Source of the DNA: Hemiscyllium ocellatum
Lineage: Eukaryota
DNA length: 64,000 nt
Direction of reading: 5' to 3'
NCBI RefSeq assembly: GCF_020745735.1
Contig: NC_083409.1
Span: 10,405,534-10,469,533 of the forward strand
The notes beneath the pieces were generated by a model. That model saw only the letters and a list, made by a program, of their open reading frames with translations. It did no database searches and was not told the DNA's origin. Positions 49,020 to 62,239 of this stretch are shown here, one piece after another (positions within the stretch are counted from its first letter, which is position 1; every line of letters starts with the position of its first letter). Made by a program: the position numbers and the translations under genes.

Positions 49020-49640
49020 TTTCCTTCATTGGTCAGAGTATTGAGTCCTGGAGTTGGGAGATCTGTTGTGGCCATACATGGCATTGGTTAGGGCACTGTT
49101 GGAATGTTACATGCAATTCTGGTCTCCTTCCTTTCGGAAAGAGATTGTGAAACTTGACAGGATTCGGAAAAGATCGACAAGGATGTTGCCAGGGTTGGAG
49201 GTTTTCAGCTATAGGGAGATGTTGAATTGGCCTGGGCTGTTTTTCCTGGAGTGTTGGAGGCTGGGGAGTGACCTTACAGAGGCTTACAAAATCATGAGGG
49301 TCATGGATAGGATAAATAGACAATGTTGTTTTCCCTGGGGTGGGGGAGTTCAGAACTAGAAGTTTAGGGTGTGAGGGTTAGGATGTAAAAGAGACCTAAG
49401 GGGCAACTTTTTCACGCAGAGGGTGGTGTGTGTATGGAATGAGCTGCCAGAGGAAGTGGTGGAGGCTGGTACAATTGCAACATTTAAAAGGCATCTGGAT
49501 GGGGCGATAAATAGGAAGGGTTTGGAGGGATATGGGCCGGGTGCTGGCAAGTGGGACTAGATTGGGTTGGGATATCTTATCGGTATGGGTGTGTCAGACT
49601 GAAGGGTCTGTTTCCATGCTGTGCATCTCTGACTCTATTT
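49020..49640 (+). mobile_element. CR1 3' fragment
   Basis: ORF 49054-49359 (LLECYMQFWSP..DLTEAYKIM) plus a 3' UTR. Confidence 0.85.
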
Positions 49641-49929
49641 ATCCTGATCCATTAAGTGAATTTTGTATTGAGTTTGAGTACTCACTCGAATATAAAATAC
49701 ACTCTTTGATGTTCTGGTTCTCACTCCATGTGGAAACCATGACTTTCATTACATGGCTGAGAATAAATTGGAAATGAATTCCAGCCTGTGTTGAACTCGT
49801 CAGACATATACTCTGAGAGATAAAAAGAAGGTTCTCGTTTGTTTCATGCTTTGATCACAGTTTATTAAAGCTATGTATTGGTCATTAATGTTTTGAAATG
49901 AATTTCATCGTTTTTGTTCCTGTTCTTCA

Positions 49930-50320
49930 GATTCTAGATTGACCAACAGCCTGTACTTTGTAACAGGGCAGCCCGGTGTTTGGCACAAGTGGGCAGGAAG
50001 ATTTGGCCAAATGCCTGGCAGAGTTAAAATTGAGTCACAAGGCACTCGATGACCTGGTAGATGACCAAGATTGGTTTGATGAGGACTTTGGGCTGAGCTG
50101 TAGCAAAGTGCAGCAGCCAGTGCAGGAGGCCCAGTCTTCAAAAGGATGTGCCTCTGAAAATCCAAAGGGAACCTGACTTTGCTGTAGCTCCTGATGCTTT
50201 AGAGGTTGAGAAGATGGTTCATGCAGCGGCTGGAAGTTGCAGGAACTTGGCCATGATCCAGCAGGTCTACAAATACTCACAGACTGTCTTGAAAATAATA
50301 AATGGAAAGATGTAGAGAGT
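49930..50320 (+). pseudogene. Unidentified decayed exon-like sequence
   Basis: Acceptor-like TTTTTGTTCCTGTTCTTCAG, protein-like frame QEDLAKCLAELKLSHKALDDLVDDQDWFDEDFG and donor-like AGA|GTGAGT near 50318; frameshifted; not recognised as a repeat. Confidence 0.3.
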
Positions 50321-50639
50321 GAGTGTAGAAGTTTATTGTGAGGTGAGATTCAGCTTTTGAGTTTGAACACAATTATTTTTTCTCAGTTAAGCAAGAAAGG
50401 TATGGGTTAATAGTGCTCTACAGCAGCTCTGAGAGGCCAGATCTAATATAATCTTTTCTCTGTTACACTTTTACTTCTTCCAGCTTGTATTTAATGTGAC
50501 AAGAGAAATTTTTGCTGAGATGTCTTCTGAAGACTCCAGTGTAAGCTAAACCCCATGGATGAAGCCAAGCTGAATTAACCCTGCTTTCTTCAAATGAGCG
50601 AGGAACTTACCATGAGCATGGGAGTCCTCCATTTCTGTT

Positions 50640-53600
50640 TTTCAGCGGCAGCAGCAACTCGAAGGGTGAGAGCTTGTACCAGGGGCCTGCTGGGAGCAGT
50701 GAGTCACTGATTTGAGCTTTTAAATTTAAAGTCAGAGAGCAGAGGTTTCTGGGAAAAGAGGGACTTCTTATTTTTATTTCCATCCAGCTATATAATTCAA
50801 TGGTTTCTCAAGCCGAGACCCTCCCTTTGTAGGGCCTCCCACCCAACCACCTCCTCTAACATTAATAACTAGGGAGATATCAAGTAGGCATCACTTCGTT
50901 TTTTTACTTTGTGATAAGGGGACTAGCAGTGATGGCAGTGCAGGGAGAGCAATGTTCCTCGTGCATGATGTTTGAGGTGAGGGACGCCATTAGTGTCCCA
51001 TCCAAGTACATCTGCACGTAGTGCACCCAACTCTCGCTCCGCCAAGACAGTGTTCGGGAACTGGAGCGGGAGATGGATGAACCTTGGATCATTCAGGAGG
51101 GAGCTGCTGTAATAGATAAGAGTTAGAGGGAAGTAGTTACTCCTAGGCACGAAGAAAGCTGGGTGACTGTTCAAAGGGGGAAAAACAGTCAGTGGAGCGA
51201 TCCGCTGTGGTTGTTCACCTGAAAAACATGTATACTGTTTTGGATACTGTTGAGGGGGACGACTTACCAGGGATATGCAGTAAGGCCCAGTTCTCTGGCT
51301 CAGAGCCTGTCCCTGGTGCATATGAGGGAAAGGAGGAGAGCGTTAGTCATTGGGGATTCGATAGTTAGAGGCTCAGATAGAAGATTTGTAGGGAACGAAC
51401 GAGACTTGCGGTTGGTGTGTTGCCTCCCAGGTGCCAGGGTCCGTGAGGTCTCGGATCGTATCTTTGGGGTCCTGAAGGGAGAAGGTGACCAGCCTCAAGT
51501 CGTTGTCCGTGTAGGTACCAACGACATAGGTAGAAAGAGGGATAGGGATATAAGGTAGGATTTCAGGGAGCTAGGGTGGAAGCTGAGAGCGAGAACAAAC
51601 AAAGTTGTTATCTCTGGGTTTGTTGCCCTGGCCACGTGATAGCGAGACAAGGAATAGGGAGAGATATCAGCTGTACACGTGTCTGCAAGGATGGTGCAGG
51701 AGGGAGGGTTTCAGGTACTTGGATAATTGGGACTCATTCTGGGGAAGGTGGGACTTGTACAAACAGGACGGTCTTCACTTGAACCAGAGGGGTACTAATA
51801 TCCTGGGTGGGAAATTTTGCTGGTGCTATTCGGGTGGGTTGAAACTAGCTCAGCAGGGGATGGGAACCGGAGGTGTAGTTGCAGTGCACAGGAAGATGAG
51901 AGTAGGAAGGACAGGGACAGGATTTCGGGGGTCGCAAGAATGTGCTGGCAGACAGCGAAGTGATTTGAAGTGTGTCTATTTCAACGCCAGAAGTATCCGA
52001 AATAAGGTAGGTGAGCTTGCAGCATGGATAGGTACCTGGAACTTTGATTTTGTGGCCATTTTGGAGACATGGATAGAACAGGGTGAGGAATGGATGTTGC
52101 AGGTTCCTGGGTTTAGATCTTTCACTAAGAACAGGCAAGGCGGTAAAAGAGGGGGAAACGTGGCCTTGTTAGTCAAGTATAATATAACGGTGGCTGAGAG
52201 AAATTTTGATGAGTACTCGTCTACTGAGGTCGTGTGGGCTGAGGTTAGAAACAGGAGAGGAGAGGTCACACTGCTTGGAGATTTTTATAGGCCTCCGCAG
52301 AGTTCCATGGAAGTGGAAGAGAGGACTAGCAAAATTATTCTGGGTAGGAGTGAAAGGAACAGGGTGGTCATTGTGGGGAACTTTAACTTCCCCAACGTTG
52401 ACTGGAAATGCTATAATTCTAGTACGTCGGATGGATCAGTTTTTGTCTGATGTGTACAGGAGGCTTTCCTGACACAGTATGTTGAAGGGCCGACAAGAGG
52501 GGAGGCCAAATTGGATCTGGTGCTTGGTAATGAAACAGGTCAGGTGTTTGATTTAGTGGTAGGTGTGCACTTTGGAGAGAGTGACCATAATTCAGTTATG
52601 TTTAGTTTAGCGATGGAAAGGGATAGGTACATGCCACAGGTCAAGAATTAACGACGGGGCAAGGGCAATTATATTGCGATTAGGCAGGAATTAGGATGCA
52701 TAGAATGGGGTAGCAAAATGCAGGGGATGCAGACAATGGAAACGTGGAGCTGGTTTAAGGAACAGATATTGCATGTCCTTGATAGGTATGTCCCTGTCAG
52801 GCAGGGAGGAAGGGATAAAGTAAGGTAAGCGTGGTTTACGACAGAAATTGCATCTCTTGTTACGAAGAAGAAGGAGGCTTATGTGTTGATGAGGCAAGAT
52901 GGTTCAGATGAGGCGATGGAGAGTTACAGATCAGCAAGGAATGATTCAACGAGAGAGTTAAGAAGAGCAAAGAGAGGACACGAGCAGTCTTTAGCAAATT
53001 GAATAAAGGAGAACCCTAAAGCTTTCTATAGGTATGTGAGAAATCAAAGGATGATTAGAGTGGGAATAGGGCCAGTCAAAGACAGAAGGGGGAAGTTGTG
53101 TGGATCCTGTGGAGATCGGAGAGGTGCTAAATGAACATCTCTCATCAATTTTCACTCAGGAAAAGGAGAATATTGGAGAGGAGAAGAACGAGGTATGAGA
53201 TACAGTAGCGCCAGAACATACGAGCGACCCCGTTCACAAACAAATTGGTTTACGAACAGTATTGTACATAAAGTTTTGCTTCTACATACGCACAAAATTC
53301 AAGGTAAGAATGATGGTATGAGCAATTCGTCTTTGGAGTATGCACAGTTCGTCTTTGGCGCGTGCGCAGTTCATCTTTGGAGCGTGCACTGTGAACATGG
53401 GAAAAATTGATTCGCGAACCGGGTGGCGGAACAGATTAAGTTCGTAAGTCGACGCGCTACTCTGTTAGACTTGAAAGGATCGAGGTTAGTTACGCACAGG
53501 TGTTATCAATTCTAGAAGAAGTGAAAATAGACAAGACCCCTAGGCCGGATGGGATTTATCCGAAGATTATCTTGGAAGCTAGGGAAGAGATAGCAGAGCT

Positions 53601-55080
53601 TTTAGCTTTGATATGTGAGTCATCATTGTCTCCAGGTTTGGTACCAGAGGACTGGAGGACTGCAAATGTTGTGCCCTTGTTCAAGAAGGGCAGTAGAGAT
53701 GACCCAGGTAATTATAGACCAGTGAGCCTTACTTCTGTTGTAGGAAAGGTTAAGGAAAGGATTATAAGAGATAAGGTTTATAATCATCTAGCAAGCAGCA
53801 CTTTGATTTCAGATCGTCAACGTGGTTTCGTCAAGGGCAGGTTGTGTCTCACAAACTACAGTGAGGTTTTTGAGAAGGTGACCAAGCATGGAGATGAAGA
53901 TAGGGCAGTTGACACTGTATACATCGACTTCAGTAAAGCCTTTGATAAAGTTCCACACGGTAGGTTGTTGGAGAAAATGCAGAGGATGGAATTTAGGGTG
54001 ATTTAGCAGTTTGGATAAGAAACTAGCTTTCTGAAAGAAGGCAGCTAGTGGTTGATGGAAAATATTCAGCCTGGAGTCCGGTTACTAGTGGTGTGCCACA
54101 AGGATCTGTTTTAGGACCACTGCTGTTTGTCAGTTTTATAAATGACTTAGACGCAGACTTAGGTGGATAGATTAGTAAATTTGCCGATGACAGTAAATTT
54201 GGCGGAGTAGTGGACAGTGTGGAAGAATGTTACAAATTGCACGGGATCTTGAATAAACTGCAAAATTGGGCTGAGAGGTGGCAACTGGAGTTCAATGCAG
54301 CTAAATGTGAGGCGATTCACTTTGGGAAGAATAACAGGAAGGCAAAGTACTGGGTCAATGGAAAGATTCTTGGTACTGTGGATCTGCATAGGCATTTTGG
54401 AGTCCATGTACATTGATCCTTGAAAGTTGCCATCCAGGTGGATAGTGCTGTTAAGAAGGGATACGATGTTTTCAGTTTCATTCGTAGATGGATTGAGTTT
54501 CAGAGACGCAATATCATGCTTCAAATATACAAAATGCTGGTGTGGCCACACTTGGAGACCAGAACTGTTGACAATATTCCATATTTTGCGAAGGATGTGG
54601 AAGCATTGGAAAAGGTGCAGAGGAGATTTACCAGGATGTTGCCTGGTCTGGAGCGAAGGTCTTATGTGGAAAGGTTGAGAGACTTGAACCTATTTTCATT
54701 GGCAAGAAGAAGGCTAAGAGGGGATTTCATCGAGACATACAAGATGATCAGAGGATGAGATAGGGTAAACAGTGAGAGTCTTTTTCCTAGGATGATGGCA
54801 TCAGCGTGTACGAGGGGGCATAACTACAAATTGAAGGGTCATAGATTTAAGACAGATGTCAGAGGCAGGTTCTTTACGCAGAGAGTGGTAAGGGCGTGGA
54901 ATGCCCTACCTGCTAATGTAGTCAACTCAACCACATGTGGGAGGTTTAAACAATTCTTAGATAAGCACATGGATGATTTTGGGATTGTGTAGGGGGACGA
55001 GCTGAGAATAGCTCACAGGTCGGCACAACGTCGAGGGCTGAAGGGCCTGTTCTGCGCTGTATCGTTCTATGTTCTATGAA
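50640..55080 (+). mobile_element. Full-length decayed CR1 LINE
   Basis: 5' UTR; ORF1 with SGNH esterase LVIGDSIVRG (51250-51850); endonuclease LKCVYFNARSIRNK (about 51960); RT (53500-54760); 3' UTR with a (TTCTATG)n tail. Confidence 0.92.
53203..53464. mobile_element. Tc1/pogo (Tigger-like) MITE nested in CR1
   Basis: TA then CAGTAGCGCC..ATACGA at the left end; TTCGTAAGTCGACGCGCTACT at the right end. Confidence 0.75.
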
Positions 55081-55439
55081 CCCACAGAATGAAATGAAGG
55101 TAATAACTCCAAGTAATCCTTTTGTCTGACTTGTCAATAATAATGTTGCAAGTGTGATGCTGGTTGGATCTAAAATATGTAGATTGAGTAAGTGAGTGAC
55201 TCATCTTGTAAACAATGGCCACTATCCTGACTTGGAAATCTGTCACTGCTTCTTGGAAGTTCCTCCCTCATGAGATTGTGGGTCTAGCTCAGCACCATCT
55301 TCTCAAGGAAAACTAGGAAGGGGCAATAAATGCTGGCCAGCCAGTAACGCTCCCAATCCATGAATGAACAAGAAAGATATTTTCTCACTGAGCAGCAAGG
55401 AACCCAATTTTAATTCTAAGCTCCTCAATGAACATTTTT

Positions 55440-58400
55440 AAAATGACTCACAGGGTCTGGGCATCGCCAGCTGGCCAGCATTTATTGATCGTTCTTAGTT
55501 CCTTTTGAGAACTTGGTGAGCTTTCTTTTGTAACCACTGCAGTCCATGTGCTGTAGGTAGACCCACATTGCCCTTTGGGAAGGAATTCCAGGAATTTGAT
55601 ACAGCAATCCTGAAGAACCAGTGAGTGGTTTGCAGGGGCTTTTACAAGAACAGTCCTGTGTATCTGCTGCTCTTGTCCTTCTAGACCTAAATGGTCGTGT
55701 TGGTGAGGATCTGGCTAAAGATCTCAGGATTTCTGCATTGCATCTTGTAGATTGTGCACACTGCTACTGAGTGAAGGGTGCTGGAGGGCTTGGCTGCTTG
55801 CGGATGTGGTGCCAATCAAGTGGGCTGCTTTGTCCTGGCTGGTGTCGAGCTTTTTGTGTGTTACTGAAGCAGTACTCGTCCAGGCAAGTGGGACATATTC
55901 CATCACACTCCTGACTTAGAACATAGAACATAGCAAAATACAGCGCAGTGCAGACCCTTTGGCTCTCGATGTTGCGCTGATCCAAGCCCACCTAACCTAC
56001 ACTAGCCCACTATCCTCCATATACATATCCAATGCCCGTTTAAATGCCCATAAAGAGGGAGAGTCTACCACTGCTACTGGCAGGTCATTCCATGAACTCA
56101 CGACTCGCTAAGTAAAGATAAGCACATGGATGTTTTTGGGATAGTGTAGGGGGTCGAGCTGAGAATAGCTCACAGGTCGGCGCAATGTCGAGGGATGAAG
56201 GGCCTGTTCTTTGTGCTTGTGCTTGTGCTTGTGCTTTGTACTGGGTGGATTTGCAATGGGGAATCTGGAGGTGAGTTATACATCACAGTATTCCAAGCCT
56301 CTGACCTGCCCTTGTAGCCCACGGTGTTTATATGACGAGTCCAGTTGAGTTTCTGGTGCATAGTAATCCCCATGATATTCATAGTGGAGGATTCAGTGAG
56401 GGTAACACCATTGGATGTCAATGGCCATTTGTTAAATATCCTCTTGGAGTCATAGAGATGGACAGCTCAAAAAATTACCTTTCAGTCCAACTTGCCCATG
56501 CTGACCAGTTATCCGAGATAAAATCTAGTCCCATTCACCAGCATTTAGCCAATTTCCCTTTGAAACATTTCCTATTCATATACGCATCCAGATGCCTTTC
56601 AAATATCGTGATTATGCCAGCCTCCTCCACTTCCTCTGGCAGCTCATTCCATAAGCACACTACCCTCTGCATGAAAAAGGTACCTGTTCGGCTCCTTCTA
56701 AATGTTTTCCCTCTCACCTTTGCCCTCTCGTTTTAGAGTTGCTTACACCAGGGAAAAGACTTGTCTATTTACCCTATCCATACCCCTCATGAGTTTAGAA
56801 ATCTTTACACAGTCGCCTCTCAGCCTCCTTTGCTCCAGGGAAAAAAGTTCAAAACCAATTCTTCCTCTTCCTATAGCAGAACCCCCCCCCCCCCCCCCCC
56901 CCCCCCACCCCACCAAACCCTGGCAACATCCTTGTAAATCTTTGCATCATCCTTTCAAAATTCACAACATAATCGGAGAACAGGGAGTCCAGAATTGCAC
57001 ACGTGGTATTCTAAAAGAGGTCAAGTCAGTGTCCTGCACAGCTACAACATGACCTCTGAACTCCTATACTCAATGCTCTGTCCAATAAAGGTAAGCATAC
57101 CAAACGCGACCTTCACTATCCTGTCTACCTGTGACTCCACTTTCAAGGAACTATGGACCTGCCCTCCAAGGTCTTTTTGTTCAGCAACACTTCCCAGGAC
57201 TTTACTATTGAGTTTACTATTGAAGTCCTGACCTGATTTGCCTTTACAAAATGCAGCACCTCACATTTATGTAAATTAAACTACGTCTGCCACTCGTCAG
57301 CCCATCTGATCAAGATCCTTTTGTATTATGAACCTTCTTGACTGTCCACTGCACCTCTAATTTAGTAGTTATTTAGTCTCCATGCAAGTCTACTCCCACT
57401 TTGCCTCATCCCATCAGCGCATCCTTCTGTATGTTTCTCCCACAGGTACTTATCCAGTTTCCGCTTAACAGGTTCATACTATTCAACTTAAGCATTGCCG
57501 GGACTAACAATTTCTATGCTTTCTTAGGTAAGAATGTTTTATTTTGAATTTCTGATTTGATCCATTAATGTTAACTTCCTGTTCAGGTCAGCCTCACAAG
57601 TGATAACATTTCTTCCTCCATGCAGTTCAAGCATCTTCGTTTTTAAAGTTCTCTTTCAAATCTTGTTTTTAAAGTTCTCCTTCCAGTCACTAGTTTATAC
57701 AGTTAATGGTCGGGCCCTGGGGAGTGTCACTGAAAAATAGAGACCTCGGGATGCAGGCGCATAGTTCCTTGAAAGCGGAGTTGCAGGTAGAAAGGGTGGT
57801 GAAGAAGGCATTTGGCATGCTTGCCTTCATTGGTTAGAAGATTGACTGCAGGGATTGAGGCGTAATGTTGCAGCTGTACAGGACATTGGTTCGGCCACTT
57901 CTAGAATACTGCATACAGTTCTGATTGCTTTTCTATACGAAGGACGTTAAACTTAAGAGAGTGCAGAAAACATTTACAAGAATGTTGCCAGGACTGAGTG
58001 ACGAGGAGAAGCTGAATAGACTGAAGCATTATTCCCCTGGAGGATTGGAGGCTGAAGGGTTTTTGTAGAGGTTTATAAAATCATGAGGGGCACGGATAGG
58101 GTGAATCACGAAGATTTTTTTCCTAGGGCACGGGAGTTGTAAACTAGAGGGCATGGGTTTAAGCTGAGAGGGGGAGATTTAAAAAGGGCCTGAGGGGTAA
58201 CTTTCTCAGGCAGAGGGTACTACATACATGGAATGATTTGCCAGAGTGGTGGAAGGGAGTTCAATTACATCTTTCTTTTAACTTTTAAAAGGCACCGGGA
58301 TGGGTACATGAATAGACAGGGTGGAGAAGGATATGGGCTAAATTCTGGCAAACTGGAACTAGGTCACATTGGGATATCTGGTTGGTGCAGATGAGTTGGG

Positions 58401-59400
58401 TCTGTTGTATAACTGACTCTATGACCCCATGCGTTTTGACCCCCATGCTCAATCAACCTTTTGAGATAAAATATGTCATGGCCAAAACAATCTAGAGTTT
58501 AATGTCTTTTTTTTTAAAACAGTGCATTTCTACTGAAGTTGATCTGTTTATTTTGTATATGAAAAAGAAAGAGAATGGATCACTATGTTTTAAAGAGGAA
58601 ATGGTGGCTGATGGTTGCATTTGACATAAAACCTGTATACTTTCTGCTGCAGAGTATTATATGCTCATCTATAATATGATCAGTTCAGTTGGGTGAGCTT
58701 TTGAGGGGGCCTGTAGAAAACGCCCAACAAAATGACTGCTCCTTTCCTGTTTTTCATTTCGACCCATACCTGACCCTGGCACCCGGGAGGCAACATGCTC
58801 TTCAGGAGTCTCACTCACGACCGCAGAATCTCCTGTCTGCTCCTCTAACCATTGACTCTCCGATCAACATCACTCTCCAATTCTCTCCTCTTTCCTTCTG
58901 AGTCACAGAGCCAGGCTCTGTGTCAGAGACCTGGCCGCTGTGGCTTTCCCCTGATACGTTGACCCCCAACAATATCCAAAGCAGTAAACTTATTATTGAA
59001 GGGAAAGGCCACAGAGGATTCCTACACTATCTGCCTATTCCCTTTCCCTCTCCCTCTCCTGACAGTCACCCAGCCACCTTTATCCTTTAACTTAGGTGTA
59101 ACGACCTCCCTATAATTCCTCTCTATCACCCCCTCAGCCTGCCAAATGATCCAAAGTTCATCCAACCCCAGCTTCAGTTCCCTCACACCTTCTGTGAGGA
59201 ACTGGAGTCCAAAACATGTTAAAAGACATTTGAACAGGTACGTGGAGAGGAAAGGTTTAGAGGGATATAGAACAAAAATAGGCAGGTGGTTCTGATTTAG
59301 TTGAGAAAACCAGGTTGGCATGGACGAATTTGGCCAAAGGGCAAGTTTTTATTCTGTGTGACTCAATGACTCTATGATTATGTAAACAATGACCTCCTTC
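55440..59400. mobile_element. Mixed LINE/SINE fragments (CR1 3' ends in both orientations, L2-like pieces, ORF1 piece)
   Basis: CR1 3' fragments at about 56430-57350 (-) and 57700-58430 (+); ORF1 piece 58690-59060 (-); poly-C at about 56882-56910. Confidence 0.7.
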
Positions 59401-59799
59401 CCAATGGATCCTTCAATAGATAGCAGTAAACATCGGCCTCCTTCCCTGTGGACCCTCCAATCGAGACCAGTGCACATGGGCTTCCTTCCCACTGCACCCT
59501 CCAGTACCTAAGCTTCAAACCCCACGTCGTCTCCATCATGTAGGTCTCTTATTTCCATCTCCACAACATTGTCCAGCTCTGTGGTACCTCAGCTCCTTAA
59601 ACACAGACACCCTTATTCCTGCTTGTCCCACCTCCAAACTCCATGCTTCCAGCTTCCTCCAATGACTCTCCATAAATCCCAACTTGTTTGAAATGGAATG
59701 GTTCTGTCCATGTTGATTATCAAGATGGAGATAGACACATTTTATATCTGTAATGATTTGAATGGTTATGGAAAGCGAGAGTGGTCAGAATTGGTTAAC

Positions 59800-60035
59800 A
59801 TGATGATGGCTTCTGCAGTTGAATGCTGGAAATGTGTTGCTGGAAAAGCGCAGCAGGTCAGGCAGCATCCAAGGAACAGGAAATTTGACGTTTCGGGCAT
59901 AAGCCCTACATCAGGCTTATGCCCGAAACGTCGAATTTCCCGTTCCTTGGATGCTGCCTGACCTGCTGCGCTTTTCCAGCAACACATTTTCAGCTCTGAT
60001 CTCCAGCATCTGCAGACCTCACTTTCTCCTTGTCC
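59800..60035. mobile_element. Palindromic Penelope-derived element with overlapping decayed hammerheads
   Basis: GACGTTTCGGGCATAAGCCCTACATCAGG followed directly by CTTATGCCCGAAACGTCGAATT; the arms are reverse complements. Confidence 0.7.
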
Positions 60036-60039
60036 TGCT

Positions 60040-60437
60040 GACAGCCTGCAGCTTTCTCCACACAGAATGGGGAAGTAGGAATGTATTTTTGGGGTCCATA
60101 GAACTATCCCACAGCAGGAAGTGTCTCTCAGGAGGGGAGAGGGTCCTGAGCTCCATTTCCCAGCCCAGGCAGTTTGTCTCCCAGTGAATGAATGTGATGC
60201 CAATTTGGAACCCAGGTTAGGGGCAGTCACTGCTGTGGATCCAGGTCCAAAAGAGGCAATTGGAAATTAAGCTGGAAAGGAAAGATTTGCTTATAGGGAG
60301 AGAGAGAGGGACAGTGGGACTAATTGGGTCACTCAGAGGCACGACGAACTGAATGGCCACCTCCTGTGCTGTCAGATTCCAGCGAGTGCAGACAGTTCAG
60401 TTTTCTCCCGTCTCCGTAACAAACGTCCAGCTCCTTG
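60040..60437 (-). repeat. Inverted third copy of the distal part of the V-upstream block
   Basis: Reverse complement of 18005-18325 plus 20520-20600 and of 62860-63260; lacks the Ets-IRF site. Confidence 0.75.
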
Positions 60438-60859
60438 TTCAGTCTGCTCCTCCCTCACCACTGATCAAGCCATGTTACCTCCTGTCACACTGAGTGACAT
60501 TGCAATCAATATCACAAGTGTCAGCGCCAGCAAACAACAGCATCACAGTCTGACACACTGGGATGATCATCACTGCCTGACATCAAAGAGTGGAGCTTGA
60601 ATCCCCTTCCCCCGATGCTCTCAAATCCTACAGCATCAAAAATATTCTGGCACTCAACCCCTTCTGTTAAAGACTGACCTTTCCAATTAAATGGGATTAG
60701 ATATCTTTAACTAACCTTGTTTCATTTTTGAAAGACATCACTAATGTGGGAGATAAGGGAATCTTGATGGATGTTGCTCATATGAACTTCCAGAAAACAT
60801 TTGAGAACATTACAATTAGGAATGATAACATTATTTTGGGAACAAATAGATAGCAGAAT

Positions 60860-62230
60860 TAATAAATACAGAGTCATAGAGACAGACCCTTTGGTCCAAC
60901 CTGTCCATACCGACCAGATATCCCAACCCAATCTAGTCCCACCTGCAAGCACCTGGCCCATATGCTTCCAAACCATTCATCCAGATGCCTTTTAAATGTT
61001 GCGATTGTACTAGCCTTTACCACTGCCTCTGGCAGCTCATTCCATACATGTACCACTCTCTGCTTGAAAAGGTTGCCCTTAGGTCCCTTTATATCTTTCT
61101 CCTCTCACCCTAAACCCAGGCCTCTAGCTCTGGACTCCTCCACCCCAGGGAAAAAAACTTTGTCGGTTTATCCAATCCATGCTCGTCATGATTTTATAAA
61201 ACTCTATAAGTTCACCCCTCGACCTCCGCCGCTCCAGAAAAAACAGCTCCAACCTATTCAACCTCCCTGTAGCTCAAATCCTCTATCCTTGTAAATGTTT
61301 TCTGAACCATTTAAAGTTGCACAACATCCTTCTGATAGGAAGGAGACCAGAATTGCACACAGCATTCCAAAAATGGCCTAACTAATGTCCTGTGCAGCTG
61401 CAACATGATCTCCCAACTCCTGTACTCAATACTCTGACTAATAAAGGAAAGCATACCAAATGCCTCCTTCACTATTCTATCTAGCCTGCGACTCCACTTT
61501 CAAGGAGCTAAACCTGCACTCCAAGGTCTCTTTGTTCAGCAACACTCCCTAAGACCTTACTATTAAGTATTCTGGATCTTTGTATAGAAAGGAAGATTCA
61601 AATACACTCCAATCATTTTGGGTTCATGAGGTCTAGAATGAGGGAGGAACTTGAGAAAATCAGTTTAATGAGTGAAGTTGTTTTGGGGAAATTATATAAA
61701 TCCACAGGGAAGAATAATCTACATCCCAGAGTCCTTCAGAAGGTGCCAGAAAATTTTGGTGGTCATCTTCCAAGATTCTATTGGTTTTGGAACACTTAAA
61801 ACAGAGTGAAGAGTTACTAACGTAACATCACCATTTAAAAAGAGAGGGAAAGAGATAACTGGGAATTTTATATCAGTCAGCCTGACCCTGTTATTGGGCA
61901 AAATACTTGAGTCCATGATCAAAGATTCAATAGCTGACTCCATGGAAAACGATGAGATGATTAGACAGTGTCAGCATGGACTGTCAAAAGGGAAATCTTG
62001 CATAACAAATCGACTGGAAATGTTTGAGGATGTGATGAATGGATTTGCTAAGGGGGAGCCAGTGGATGTAACTTATTTGGACTTTCAAAAGGCTTTTGAT
62101 AAATCCCACAGAAAAGATTAGCAAATAAAAGTAAGGAACGTGGGATTGGAGGCAGTGCACTGACATGGATAGGAAACTGGTTGGCAGATAGGAAATAAAG
62201 AGTAGGAATAAATGGGCCTTTTTCTGAAAA
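60860..62230. mobile_element. CR1 fragments
   Basis: 3' fragment on the minus strand (60860-61570) and RT piece on the plus strand (61894-62121, VDVTYLDFQKAFDK). Confidence 0.8.
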
Positions 62231-62239
62231 GGTATCATG

